Of a stretch of 64,000 bases of DNA, positions 31,340 through 42,090 are shown one piece after another. The DNA lies in the NCBI GenBank assembly GCA_965644315.1, contig CBFFRQ010000069.1:1054001-1118000 (forward strand). Direction: 5' to 3'. Below the pieces are notes generated by a model. That model was not told the DNA's origin, did no database searches, and saw only the letters and a program-made list of their open reading frames with translations. A program made the translations under genes and the position numbers. Each line of letters opens with the position of its first letter. Position 1 is the stretch's first letter. Source of the stretch: Caecitellus pseudoparvulus (taxonomy: Eukaryota; Protista; Bigyra: Bicosoecida).

Positions 31340-33277
31340 TCAGGACCTGGAGTGGTACACTGACGCTGGGAAGTCTGCACCCATGGCGGTGGCAAAGGCC
31401 ACGAGCCAACGACGGTACCAGGGCTGCAGGCACTCCGGCACGCCCGGCAGGTCGACCCAGTCAGAAAATCGCCACATGCTGCCAGGCTTCTCGACGCCAG
31501 GCGGCAGGCAGGTCAAGTGCACAGAGTAGTACCAGTCGTGCTGGGCGGGGCGGGAGCCGCGGCCCTTGCCGCTGACGCACGCACACTCCGTGGGCAGGTA
31601 GTCGTACGTGGCATTCAGCATGTGCCACACTCGTCCAGGGGGTGCGCCCACCTCCTCCGCCAGGGAATCCTGCAAGTTTGCATCGCCTGCCGCGGCGTGC
31701 CAGTACCCATCCACCATGGCGGCGGGGTCGAGCGGGAGGGTGGTGGTGTCCTCAGGGCCGCCTAGCGCGACACCGGAGGAGTATGGGAGCCAGGGTCGCC
31801 CGTCCCCTGCTTCGTCGTACAGGTGTTTGATTGCGCCTTGGCTCTGCCGCGGGCAGATGGCCTTGGGCATGCCCGGCCAGGGTGGCGCCTGGGGGGGGTT
31901 GGCGAAGACGGACAGCACCACGCTCATGTCGCCGTACTGCCAGGATTTCTCCTCGTACTTGAGCTTCACCAGGGGGCTCTCCCGGGAAATGGCTGCCTCC
32001 ATCTGGGCCATGCGCGCTGAAGAAGGCTGGATGACCCAGAAACCCCCTGAGATCTTTGGCGCCGAGTTGGCGTTGCAGCACTCCTGTGTGAAGGCCGCCG
32101 TGAGCTCGGGGTAGAACAGCAGGTGGTCCAGGTTCCGCATGACGAAGACGTCGGAGTCCAGCCACAGGATCTTGTCGTAGTGCGTCATGTTGAAGACTGA
32201 GAGCTTGTTGAGGGCCATGCCCCACCACAGCTGCGAGCCGCCTGGGATATTCACGGATTTTAAGCCATTCCCGTGGTGGGCCAGGGGTGGCATGAGGTGC
32301 AGCTTCACGCCCAGGCGGTGCATGGCCCGGAGGAAGACCTGGGAAATCACCAGGTCTGGTCGGTGAGGGTGCGTGGATGCGCACTTGCCTCCCGGGATGC
32401 GGCCCTCTCGGCAGTCGGCACTGCCGACGCCCCCCCCGAACATCATCACCACAATGTCAATGCCAGGGCAGGTGCCGACATCTCGCAGACTCTGCAGCAG
32501 CCCAAGGGCCATGCGGGCGGCGTTGTCGCCTGTGGCCATCGTGACGATGGCGTGCCGGGCGTGGAAGGCGCTGCACTTGTCCGCGTAGTCTGGCGAGGAA
32601 GGGTCAGGGCGCCCCTCAGGCATAGTGCGGTTGAGGTAGGCTTCGTCCTCGGCACGGGACGCAGGCATGGGTGGCTCGCGTCGGGCGCTGTCTGGCAGGC
32701 GGAAGGGGATGTGCGAGATGTTTGAGAGGGGCGCCATGGAGGGCGCTGGCGGCACAGACTTGGACGCTGAGCGGTCCACTTTGACCAGGGACCTTGCGGG
32801 TACGCCCTTTTCCACCAACCAAGCAGCTGCCTGTGCCTGTGTCCACTCGAAGGACCCCGCCTCGGGCACCTCACCAGGCTCCCACACTGCCATTGCTGGG
32901 CTGGGTGTCGAGCTCGGAGCAGCAGTTGAGGGGGATGGTGAGCCGGACACTGTAGGTTGTGGGCTCTGAGTCGTACTCGAAGATGGCTTCGCGACCTCCA
33001 CAGACGCAGGGGTGCTGTGTGGCTTGACTGAGGCTTGAACGGGTGCTTTGACGCGTTTCGCTGGCGTTCCATCACTCGGCAAGCCACGGATGGCACCGGC
33101 GCTGCCTGCGGCAGTGGAATCATTGCGCAGCCCCATCCTAGCCCTTACAACTGCTCCATCTTCAGCAAAGTGTGTCGCCAGCAGGGCTCCAGACAACCAG
33201 CTCACGTAGAAAGACAGGAGGATTGCGCCGGCACACTTGATGCCTGCTGCACCGCACGCGCTTGCCCTGGCAGGCAT
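31340..33277 (-). CDS. Glycosyltransferase family 8 (glycogenin/xylosyl/galactinol-type fold), type II membrane protein
   Basis: N-terminal TM (AILLSFYVSWLSGALL), Ser/Pro-rich stem, AIVTM, NKLSVFNMTHYDKILWLDSD..V.RNLDHL, SGGFWVIQPS and GDMSV. Confidence 0.82.
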   Translation of the reverse strand: MPARASACGAAGIKCAGAILLSFYVSWLSGALLATHFAEDGAVVRARMGLRNDSTAAGSAGAIRGLPSDGTPAKRVKAPVQASVKPHSTPASVEVAKPSSSTTQSPQPTVSGSPSPSTAAPSSTPSPAMAVWEPGEVPEAGSFEWTQAQAAAWLVEKGVPARSLVKVDRSASKSVPPAPSMAPLSNISHIPFRLPDSARREPPMPASRAEDEAYLNRTMPEGRPDPSSPDYADKCSAFHARHAIVTMATGDNAARMALGLLQSLRDVGTCPGIDIVVMMFGGGVGSADCREGRIPGGKCASTHPHRPDLVISQVFLRAMHRLGVKLHLMPPLAHHGNGLKSVNIPGGSQLWWGMALNKLSVFNMTHYDKILWLDSDVFVMRNLDHLLFYPELTAAFTQECCNANSAPKISGGFWVIQPSSARMAQMEAAISRESPLVKLKYEEKSWQYGDMSVVLSVFANPPQAPPWPGMPKAICPRQSQGAIKHLYDEAGDGRPWLPYSSGVALGGPEDTTTLPLDPAAMVDGYWHAAAGDANLQDSLAEEVGAPPGRVWHMLNATYDYLPTECACVSGKGRGSRPAQHDWYYSVHLTCLPPGVEKPGSMWRFSDWVDLPGVPECLQPWYRRWLVAFATAMGADFPASVYHSRS

Positions 33278-33412
33278 GCCACGTGTTCCTGTGGCGCCAC
33301 CTGCACTCCGCAGCAAAGCACCTGCCCTGCGTGCGAGGAGCAGGATCACATCAAACCCTGGTGGTGGCTGTGGCCTTGCCCATTGTGTACATTGCTTGGA
33401 AATGCGGGCTGC

Positions 33413-36400
33413 CTACTGCAGCACGCGCAACGCTTCCGGGTCAAGGCTGCGCAGCAGGCAATCCATGCCAGCCGAGCCCACGGAGCTCCTCACAGCTTGC
33501 AACTGGGACAGCAGCACTTCCCGCACGTCAGCAGCCACAGCCACATCTCGCTGCCACACCTCTTGCTGGCGCAGGCCGAAGGGGGTGGAGGGGGGCGCGT
33601 CCCCCACGCCTGCCGTTGCCGCTCGCAGGGCTGCTGGCATCTTGCCCCTCCCAGACGCACCCTTGAGGCCTGGTGAGCCAGAGACGCCCGGGAGGTACAG
33701 CTCTGCCGCGGGAGTCATGTGCAAGGCGTTGTAGAGGCCAGTCACGCACACCACCGTGCCTTCCAGCCGGGCTGCGAAGTCATCCCACGCTCCCAGTGAG
33801 CCAGGTCGAGGCGATGAGCCGGGGGCAGGGGGCGCCCACTGCTGTGGGAAGGAGCCGGCACTGGACACGCAGGCGCTGGCCAAGAGCGGCAGTGCAGAGG
33901 ACATGGCCAGAGCCCACAGCTTCCTGCGCCAGGGGCCAGTGGCCTGCGTCTGCGCATTGTCCCACGAGTCCAGCCACGCGTCCAGGAGGCAGTTGAGGGT
34001 GGCCACACCAGACCCGTCAGCTGCCAGAGGGATGGGCAGGTGGCAGGAGCCCCCCGGCAGGGAAAGCTTGACGATGAGGCAGGAGTCCTCTGAAGGCGAC
34101 GCGAAGCCTCTGCCGGGGGGTGTCTTGCCCGACTGCCGGCTGGAGCCTGGTGAGGACAGCACCTTGGAAGCCCCCGAGCGCACCGCAGCCACCTGCTCGC
34201 CCTCAAACTCCCGCACGAGGGCACATGTGGCATCCTGGTGCAGCACAAAGCACCGTGCCAGCACGGACAGGTATGCCACACGCGTGACGCCTGGCTCAGT
34301 GCTGTCCTGGGCGCCCAGCAGACACCGCCCGAGAGCTGGCTTGAGCGCGTCAAAGATGCCCAACGCGTCGCCGCCGCTGCTGCTGCTGGTAGCGCCCTGT
34401 GGCGTCAGCAGCGTCAGGCTCTGCTCCAGGGCCTTGCACAGGGCATGCGTCCCCCGCCGGTTGGTGGTGCCAACGAGGCTGGCGAAGAGGCGCTGCAGGG
34501 AGCCCATCGTGCCTGGTTGGCTGGCCCACGTGTCCCCGCCCAGCAGCAGGTACCCAGTGTACACCTGCATCATGGCCGGTGTGTCCTTGTTGTCGGCGGC
34601 TGCCAGAGGCGGCAAGAACTCCCACAGGGCGTGCAGCTGTGCCGTGTACTGTGGCGCCGACTCCAGCATGGCGCCCCACAAGGGCAGGGCATCCTCGCTG
34701 AGCGTGAGGGCGTGCCCGCCCTGTCCTGTGTGCAGCGCTTCTGCCAGCATGGGCACCGCAACGGGGTGCAGCTCCAGGCTGTCAGCGCCTGCCGCATGCA
34801 CGATCTGCTCCAGCACTGACAGCACCTCCTTCCGCACAGGCACTGTGTCAGCGAGGGCTTGCCACAGTGCCGGCAGAGGCGGCACCACCGTGCGTGCGAC
34901 AGCTCGCCGCTCCTCGGTGTTCAGCCGCTTTAGCAGCTCCGTCAAGGTCTCCATGCCCTCCAGCAGGCGCTGCAGCCCCCGCGACACAGTCACCTCCAGC
35001 AACAGGCTCTCGATGGTGCGCAGCATGTACGGGTGGAAGGCGGGGCAGACGAGGCGGTCGCCCTCCAGCAGGTTGCGCAGGGCAGCCCGTGACGCGCTGC
35101 GGAGGACCGAGTCCGGGCTGCGCAGGGTGGCAGCCAGGGCCGCGAAGATGTCGGGCTTGGCGGCGTCCGGCATCTCATAGCACGTGATGAGCCACAACAC
35201 CCGCCGCAGCACTGCCCGGTGCGCCAGGGGCAGGCTGCACTCGGTTTGGCTCAACTCAGCTGAGGGCAGGGCCAAGCTGGGCTCCGCGCCGGCTCCAGGT
35301 GGGGGAGGTGGCGACGAGGATCCCAGCGCCGCCCCACCCATGTGCACAGACACCGCACCTGCCTTGCCTGCTGCCTGCAAGATGCCCTGCAGGGATGCCG
35401 CGAACCAGGCGTGCACGTCCAGGGACCCCTGTAGGGCAAAGCTGAGGGTGCCAGCCGCCTGGTACGCGCCATCCAGCTGGAGGAAGGCGCCGTCCAGGGA
35501 CGTGCAGCCGTCTGCAGCAGAGCCCGCGCCCGACAGCTCCCGCACACGGCCTTCCGCGAGGCTGATCATGCCCACGATGCGGGGCGTGACGTGGCTGGCC
35601 ATGAGCGGTTCCATGACCAGCGCCTGCAGGACATCCAGCGCCGCTGCAGCGACGCTGCTGGCTGGCGTCTCGGCGGCAGACCTGTCCAGGAACTCCCTGG
35701 GGGAGTCGGACCACAAGTGCACTTCACCTACCCGTGGCGGCACACATGAGGACAGCAGAAACTCCACCAACAGCTGCGCACGGGAGGGGCAGTCACTGGC
35801 AGAGCCAGCCATGCCGCCAGCAGGCCCCGACCCAGGCGACAGCATAAAACGCACGAACGCGTGGCCTGCTTCTTGCGCCGCAGCCGGCACCACATGCACG
35901 GTGCCGGCAGACGTCGGGATGCGCGTCAAGCCGGCGCTGCCGCCCCCCGCCTCCATGGACGTCAGGCCGCCCACAGCCGACACGCTGGGGTCGATGTCTG
36001 GTGAGCTTGCCTGCGGCCCCGCCGCCAACTCTGCTTCAGTGGTTGGGTATGTGAACTGGGCGCAGGACGCTGCGTTGCTGAGCAGCTGCAGGGCTGGCAG
36101 CGCCAAAACCCGGTGGCGGTGCACGACGAAATGGGTACCCTGCTGCCGCTGCACGCTGCATGGCAGCACCTGCAACGCCCACTCCAGCATCGCCAGCATG
36201 CTGCCTCGCAGAGGCACTGGGTGGCGCTGCAGCGCCAGGTGCAGCGTGCGCGCCCAGCGCTGCATGAGATTCTGGCACAGCTGCACAGCTCCCTCGATGG
36301 GCGGCGTGTGGGCAGCGGGACCACCCAGAGCCAAACTCTCTTGTGCGTCGGCTTGGGTTGGGTCCGCGTCAGGCGCAGGCGTTGGCAGGAGGGGCTCCAA

Positions 36401-37299
36401 ATGCTGCGCAACGCTCTGGCTCCACCCCTGCACGACTGACAGGTACTCGCGCGCTGCCGCCGACGCAGCGAGCTCTGCGCTGCCGTTGCGCAGCAGGTGA
36501 CAGGCAATCTTGCTTGCCCAGCGCAAGATGATTGCCGTCGGCCGCAGTGCAGTGGCAGCGCCCTCTGCGGCCGACGAGTTGCCTGACCGGGCTGCGTCAG
36601 CAAGCGTTGCGAGGTGCCCCAGACACACCTCTGCGAACTTAGCCGCAAGCTGCGCAACGGTCAAGAAAAGCTTCGACGCAATGTCGAAAAAAGCCCTCTT
36701 CCGACTGGACACCTTGCCTGCGCCCAGGCGCTTTACAATGGCGTGCAGGGTGTGCAGCACTCGCGGAGCGGTAGCTTCCGAGGCAGCGTCCAGCTGCGCG
36801 AGCAAAGTGGGGAACAAGGCGCTCCACTTCGAAGGCCAGTCGGCCCAGGCAATGTCCGCTGCAATGGTGGCCACTTGACTCGCCATGCCATCCACAGGCT
36901 CGTGGATGTGGGCCAAGAGTGCCTCCTTCACAGCAGCACGGTCTGCATCGGGCACCGGCTGCACAGATGCCCCGCGCCCCGAGACCCAGTTGTGCTGCAC
37001 AGCGTTCTTGATGCACACAGCCGCGAACTGGCGGGTGCCTTTGTCGTACTGTTGGTGGAGTTGGACGATGCCCTGTCATGCGGGTGGAGAAGGGGGGTGG
37101 CGTTCATGCAGGTATGCGCAGCAGCGCCAGGCAGCTCCAGCCTCACCATGCACAAAGTCAGGAAGCCGGGCACGGGCAAACAGGAATTCACGGCCTTGGC
37201 CGCTTCGCGCTGGGTGGCAGCATTTTGTGACTGGGCAAACAGCGACAGCACGCCCTGCAGGTCTGCAGCTGTGAACTGAGACGGCACTGAGAAAGCCAT
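33413..37299 (-). CDS. IPO11: Importin-11/Kap120 family karyopherin; one intron
   Basis: IBN_N RQFAAVCIKNAVQHNW, ADIAWADWPSKWSALFPTL, IVKRL...KRAF, LWSDSPREF, LRRVLWLI, LSEDALPLW and RRKLWALA. Confidence 0.82.
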
Positions 37300-37698
37300 G
37301 CTGTGTGCTGGAAGACGAGGCTCTCGCGAAACGCTCGCTGAACAGGACAGCACAAGCCTGCAGAGCTGCAGGCAACGTCGACGCGCTGGTCGCTGTGAGT
37401 GGCAAAGTTGGGACTCGGTGCGCGACCCTCGCGAGCTCGCCCTGCATGTGGGAGAGTCGGATTGTGCCTGGCAGCTGGCAAAGTGCGTGAAGCCTCCCCC
37501 TCGCCCAACCCACCCCCCAACTCAAAAGTGGACACGCACACACTTACTTCACAGAGATCCCGCCCGTTCGATTGCATTAAGTGACCCCATTTTCTCTGTG
37601 CAGGGCTCCTTTGCTGCCCCGTTTCGCCCCACGGGCGCCAACTGCAGCCAAATCGGGGAACTGGGCTGTGCTTTCGATTTCCGCACCTCTCCGGCAGC

Positions 37699-39573
37699 AT
37701 GCTTCGGTACGCTGTGGGGCAGTACCCGAACCTGGTAGTGCGGGCCCCCTCGCGGCTGTATGAAGCTGTGATTGGCATGGAGATTCATGCTCAAATTCGA
37801 CAGGCGACCAAGCTCATGTCCCCAGCGCCTGCCGCCAGTGACATTGACGCAGCTCCCAACAGCGCAGTGCACCCCATCGATGCAGCGTTCCCAGGCACCA
37901 TGCCGCGTCTGTCCAGAGCTTCTGTCGAGCAAGCAGTGCGCACTGGCCTGGCGATGGGGGGAGATGTGCAGCGTGTCTCGGCCTTTGATCGCAAGCACTA
38001 CTTCTACTCAGACCTCCCAGCCGGCTACCAAATCACTCAGTGGCAGCACCCCATCGTGCGCAACGGCGCCGTGGCCACCCGGGTACCGCTGCGAGATGCA
38101 CACACCGGGGCCAAGTCTGCCCAGGGCAGGTACGATGCCCTCGTGCGCCTGGAGCGCATCCAGCTGGAGCAGGACAGCGGTCGATCCGTGCACACGCTCT
38201 CGGCCAGCCGCACACTGGTGGATTTGAACAGGGCAGGGGCAGCACTGATGGAGATTGTGAGCCTGCCTGACATGCGCTCGCCAGACGAAGCTGGCGCCTT
38301 TGTGCGGGCAGTGGCGGCTCTCCTGCGCCACATCGGCACGTGCGACGGGCAGATGGAGAACGGCTCGCTTCGCGCAGACGTGAATGTGAGCGTGCGAGAG
38401 CTGGGGGCCGCTGACTATGGGGAGCGTGTGGAGATGAAGAACTTGAACAGTGTGCGCTCCGTGGAACGCGCAGTGGCCTTCGAAGTGGACCGGCAGGTGG
38501 CGGAGTATGAGACGGTGCCCCTCATCGCGCCCGTGGCTCTGCAGCCCCACCTCCTGCCACCGCCACACACCACCCACGATCTATCAGCGCTGCCGCTCTC
38601 TCCAGAAGTCCGCTCCAGCTACACACCCAGTGCCCCTGACATGGGTTGGGGTGCCGGGCAGGTGCAGCGCGAAACTCGCTCGTTTGACGCAGTCTCCGGC
38701 TCCACGGCACGCCTGCGTGGGAAGGAGGACGCCGTGGACTATAGATTCTTGCCGGAGGCTGACATTCCCCCGCTCATCCTGCCGCTGTCCTTCATTCGCG
38801 CCTGTGCCGCGTCCCTGCCTGCTCTGCCGGCCCAGCTGCAAGCCAAGTACGTTCAGGAGCACAGCTTGCGCAGCCAAGACGCCGAGGTCATTGTGGGCGA
38901 GCCAGGGGGCCCTGAATTCTTCGAAGCCATGCTGCAGCATGCCAAAGCTGCAGTCGTGCAAGGAGGCGCAGCCGTCGCCGTTCCGGCAGAGGTCAACCTT
39001 GCCCAGGCCTGTGCCAATTGGCTCACGTCTGAGCTGCTGGGCTACCTTCACGCAGAAGGCAAGGCGCTGGAGGTGGTGGCCCCTGCTGACATTGCAGACA
39101 TCGTGCTGTTAGTGGTTTCGGGGCAAGTCTCTGGCAAGATCGGCAAGGCAGTGCTGGACGAACTGCTGGCAAACCCTCCCCAAGGGAGCGACGCCGCCAC
39201 CCCCCTCGCCATCGTGCAGGCCAGAGGCTGGCAGCAGATCACGGACACGGCCCTCATTGATGCCCTGGCCTCTGCTGTCATCGCTGAGGACGTTGCTGGG
39301 GAAGACGCCGAGGCTGCGCTGGCCGCCTGGCCGGAGGCATGGCGTGTCGCCATCGCTGGCGACGCGAGCGCAGCCCCCCGCCGACGACGAGGCGCGCCCC
39401 GCAAGCGCCCCAAGAAAAGCGCTGTGCAGCAGTGGCTGGAAGGCAACACGCGCTCAGAAGGCGCCTTGGTGGGCAGGGCACTGGCGCTGACCAGCGGCAA
39501 AGCAGCCCCAGAGCTGGTCACGCAGGCACTGCGACGACAGCTCAGCGCCATGCGGGAGCAGGGCAGCGCCTGA
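37699..39573 (+). CDS. GATB: Glu/Asp-tRNA amidotransferase subunit B (organellar GatB/Pet112)
   Basis: VIGMEIHAQ, FDRKHYFYSDLPAGYQITQ, IQLEQDSG, DLNRAG.ALMEIV, SLRADVNVS, EMKNLNS and KEDAVDYRFLPE, plus Yqey-like tail WQQITD. Confidence 0.94.
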   Translation: MLRYAVGQYPNLVVRAPSRLYEAVIGMEIHAQIRQATKLMSPAPAASDIDAAPNSAVHPIDAAFPGTMPRLSRASVEQAVRTGLAMGGDVQRVSAFDRKHYFYSDLPAGYQITQWQHPIVRNGAVATRVPLRDAHTGAKSAQGRYDALVRLERIQLEQDSGRSVHTLSASRTLVDLNRAGAALMEIVSLPDMRSPDEAGAFVRAVAALLRHIGTCDGQMENGSLRADVNVSVRELGAADYGERVEMKNLNSVRSVERAVAFEVDRQVAEYETVPLIAPVALQPHLLPPPHTTHDLSALPLSPEVRSSYTPSAPDMGWGAGQVQRETRSFDAVSGSTARLRGKEDAVDYRFLPEADIPPLILPLSFIRACAASLPALPAQLQAKYVQEHSLRSQDAEVIVGEPGGPEFFEAMLQHAKAAVVQGGAAVAVPAEVNLAQACANWLTSELLGYLHAEGKALEVVAPADIADIVLLVVSGQVSGKIGKAVLDELLANPPQGSDAATPLAIVQARGWQQITDTALIDALASAVIAEDVAGEDAEAALAAWPEAWRVAIAGDASAAPRRRRGAPRKRPKKSAVQQWLEGNTRSEGALVGRALALTSGKAAPELVTQALRRQLSAMREQGSA

Positions 39574-39590
39574 CACCTCTCGCGGCGGCA

Positions 39591-39621
39591 TGCATTGGCT
39601 GTGGACTGCGTTTAGAATGCA
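39591..39621. terminator. Paired candidate 3'-end signals between GatB and DDX56
   Basis: CAATGCA (-, 39591-39597). GAATGCA (+, 39615-39621) overlaps the last DDX56 codons. Confidence 0.5.
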
Positions 39622-41794
39622 CGCTTGCCCTTGCCCTTGCGGCCTTTGCCCTTCGCCCACGGCCCCTTCTTGTTGGCTTTCTTCCACTTGTTCCGGGAGC
39701 TAAGCAGCAGGTCGGACTGCTGCGTCACCTTCGGCAGGCCATAGATGCTTGTGGGCATGCGGACGTGGCCACCTGAAGCATGCCGCTTGGTATCTGACGG
39801 CAGCGCCGCTGTGACGGCTTGGTCCGATGCCCTGTGGTCAGCGTACGTCTTCAGCGCCCGGCTACCGGCGGCCTCCTCTGCCCCCCGCCTGCGCTTCTTC
39901 CCGCGGCGCTTGGTGCGTACGCCGCCGCCTGCTGCCTCCACAGCCGCCCGCAAGGAGGGTGGCACCAAGTACGTCGGGATGTCTGCCAGCTGCGGCTGCA
40001 CCGCGGCCGGTGCGAGGGCCTTGTCGTGCCGCAGCAAGTCCAGGTCAACTGGGTTGTCCTCAAAGTGGGCCTTCAGGGCGGTGGAGGCCAGGATCTCACT
40101 GCGCAACTCTGCAAGGCGTGCCTCCTTGATGCGTTTGCGGCTGATGCCGCGCAGCACGCCGTCCACACGGTACCGGAACGCGGCCACCTCTGTCCGGTCG
40201 AAGGGCAGCAACGCCGGCTGGGGGGCGCCGCTGTCCAGACGGGGCTGCGCAGCCTGCACTGCGCCCAGCACCAGGGCGTCTTCCGTGCCCACGCTGCGCA
40301 CAAAGGACAGGGCAGCACCAGAGGCGCCACCACGAGCAGTGCGCCCCACACGGTGCACGTAGGCAGTCATGGTGGGGGGGAAGTCCACGTTTACGACGGT
40401 GGTGACGCCTTGGAAGTCCACTCCGCGCGTGACGCCTGCTTCAGCGCCGTCGCTGTCCTCCTCGTCCTCGGCATCGCTGTCTGCTTCAGCTGGTGACTCG
40501 TCGCCTGCTGTGCCTGCATGGGACGCCTGCTGCCGCTTTGGCGGCAGTGCGCCGGACCCAGCGCCCCCCGAGGCCTGAGCAGGGGCTGCAGACCCCCCAG
40601 TGCCGCTGTGCCCACCGTCATCACTGCTTTCCCCCTCCTCTTCACCCGCATCCACGCCGACGCTGGTGTCCGTGGCAATGAGGAAGTCGAAGAGGCCCTT
40701 GTTGAACTGCGCCACGATGTGGGCTCGGCTGTTCGCCGGCAGCTCGCTGTTCAGAACAGCAGAGGGGATGGAGAAGCGCTCCAGGAAGAGTTTCAGGCGG
40801 TAGCACTGCTCCACGCTGTTCACAAAGAGCAGGGTCTTGCCTGTAATCAGCTGCAGCTTGATGAGGGCGAACAGCAGCAGCGGCTTGTCCTCTTCAGGCA
40901 CCATGACGTAGAACTGGGACAGGTGCCCCCCAGCCCCCGCTGCGTCGTTCAACGTGACAACAGCCGGCGCCCGCAGCACAAGGCGCTTCAAGTCATCCAT
41001 GCCCTCAGCCAGGGTGGCGCTGAGCAGGAAGGCTTGCACCGCCCGCGGCAAGGCCGCGATGATGGTTTCCATGTCTCCCCTGTAGCCGTACGACAGCACC
41101 AAGTCGGCTTCGTCCACCACCAGCATTTCCAACGCCTCAGTCAGGGCCAGGGAACGCTTGCGCAAGTGTGCCACGGCCCGCCCTGGCGTCGCAACGACGA
41201 TGTGCGGGAGATCAGCCACCTCGCGCAGCTGTGTAGCTTGCTCCGGCACAGTCCCAGTCCCCAACCCCACCAGCCCCAAGACACCGCCACAGTACATCAT
41301 CAAGGACTCAAACACCGTCACCGTCTGCACGACGAGCTCCTTCGTGGGCACAAGGATCAAAGCACGCAGACCGCCTGCTTCGCCGCTGGCAGCTGAGGCC
41401 AGCAACTTTTGCAGCACCCCCAACGCAAACGCCAAGGTCTTGCCGCTGCCGGTCTTGGCCCGCACGAGGCAGTCCTTGCCAGCCAGTACCAGCGGGATGC
41501 ACTTTGTCTGTGAAGTGCACGCGTTGGGCCGTGAGCACTGCCGAGTACCAGAGGGCACAGGGCCACTGCGGAAATCGGTCGTGTTCCGCACCTGCACCAG
41601 AGTCGGGTTGCTGAAGCCCAGCATGTACACGGCCTTCACCAGCCGATCATCCAAGCCTGTAAAGGGGAGTGTAAAGGCGTGCTCCTTGGCATGGCACAAA
41701 CACGGACTGTGCAGCGTGCCAAGCACACACCCAGCGCTGCATCGTCGAAGGTTGTGCTGCGATCCAGCAGACGCCCGGCCGTGCCTGCAGCCAT
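39612..41794 (-). CDS. DDX56: DEAD-box RNA helicase DDX56/Dbp9; 2 introns
   Basis: PTLVQ, AKTGSGKT, PTKEL, DEADL.LSYG, SAT, YRLKLFLE.F, LNSELP.NSR, RGVDF, HRVGRTAR, AFRYR, IKEARL and HFEDNP.DL..LRHD. Confidence 0.94.
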
Positions 41795-42090
41795 CCTGTA
41801 CCAAAAGTCAGTGGACGGCGCTTCCCGATGAAGGGGCATACTCGTGATGCATTTACGCGGTGTGGGGGGCGAGTTTTATCACAATCCCTCGATTGGTGCT
41901 GCCTTTGGCAGACTTCTTTGGAGCGTACTAAGTGCCATGATCTGCGTGGCTTGTACAAGATGCGTTCAGAGGTTAGACCCCTGCCGTCTTCCCGCAGTCT
42001 CGAACTCGGAATTGAATTGGCACTTCTTCCACTGGAACCCACCGCAGCTCAGACCCCGCTCTCCGATCCAGCCCAAGCTGATGGCAAGTG

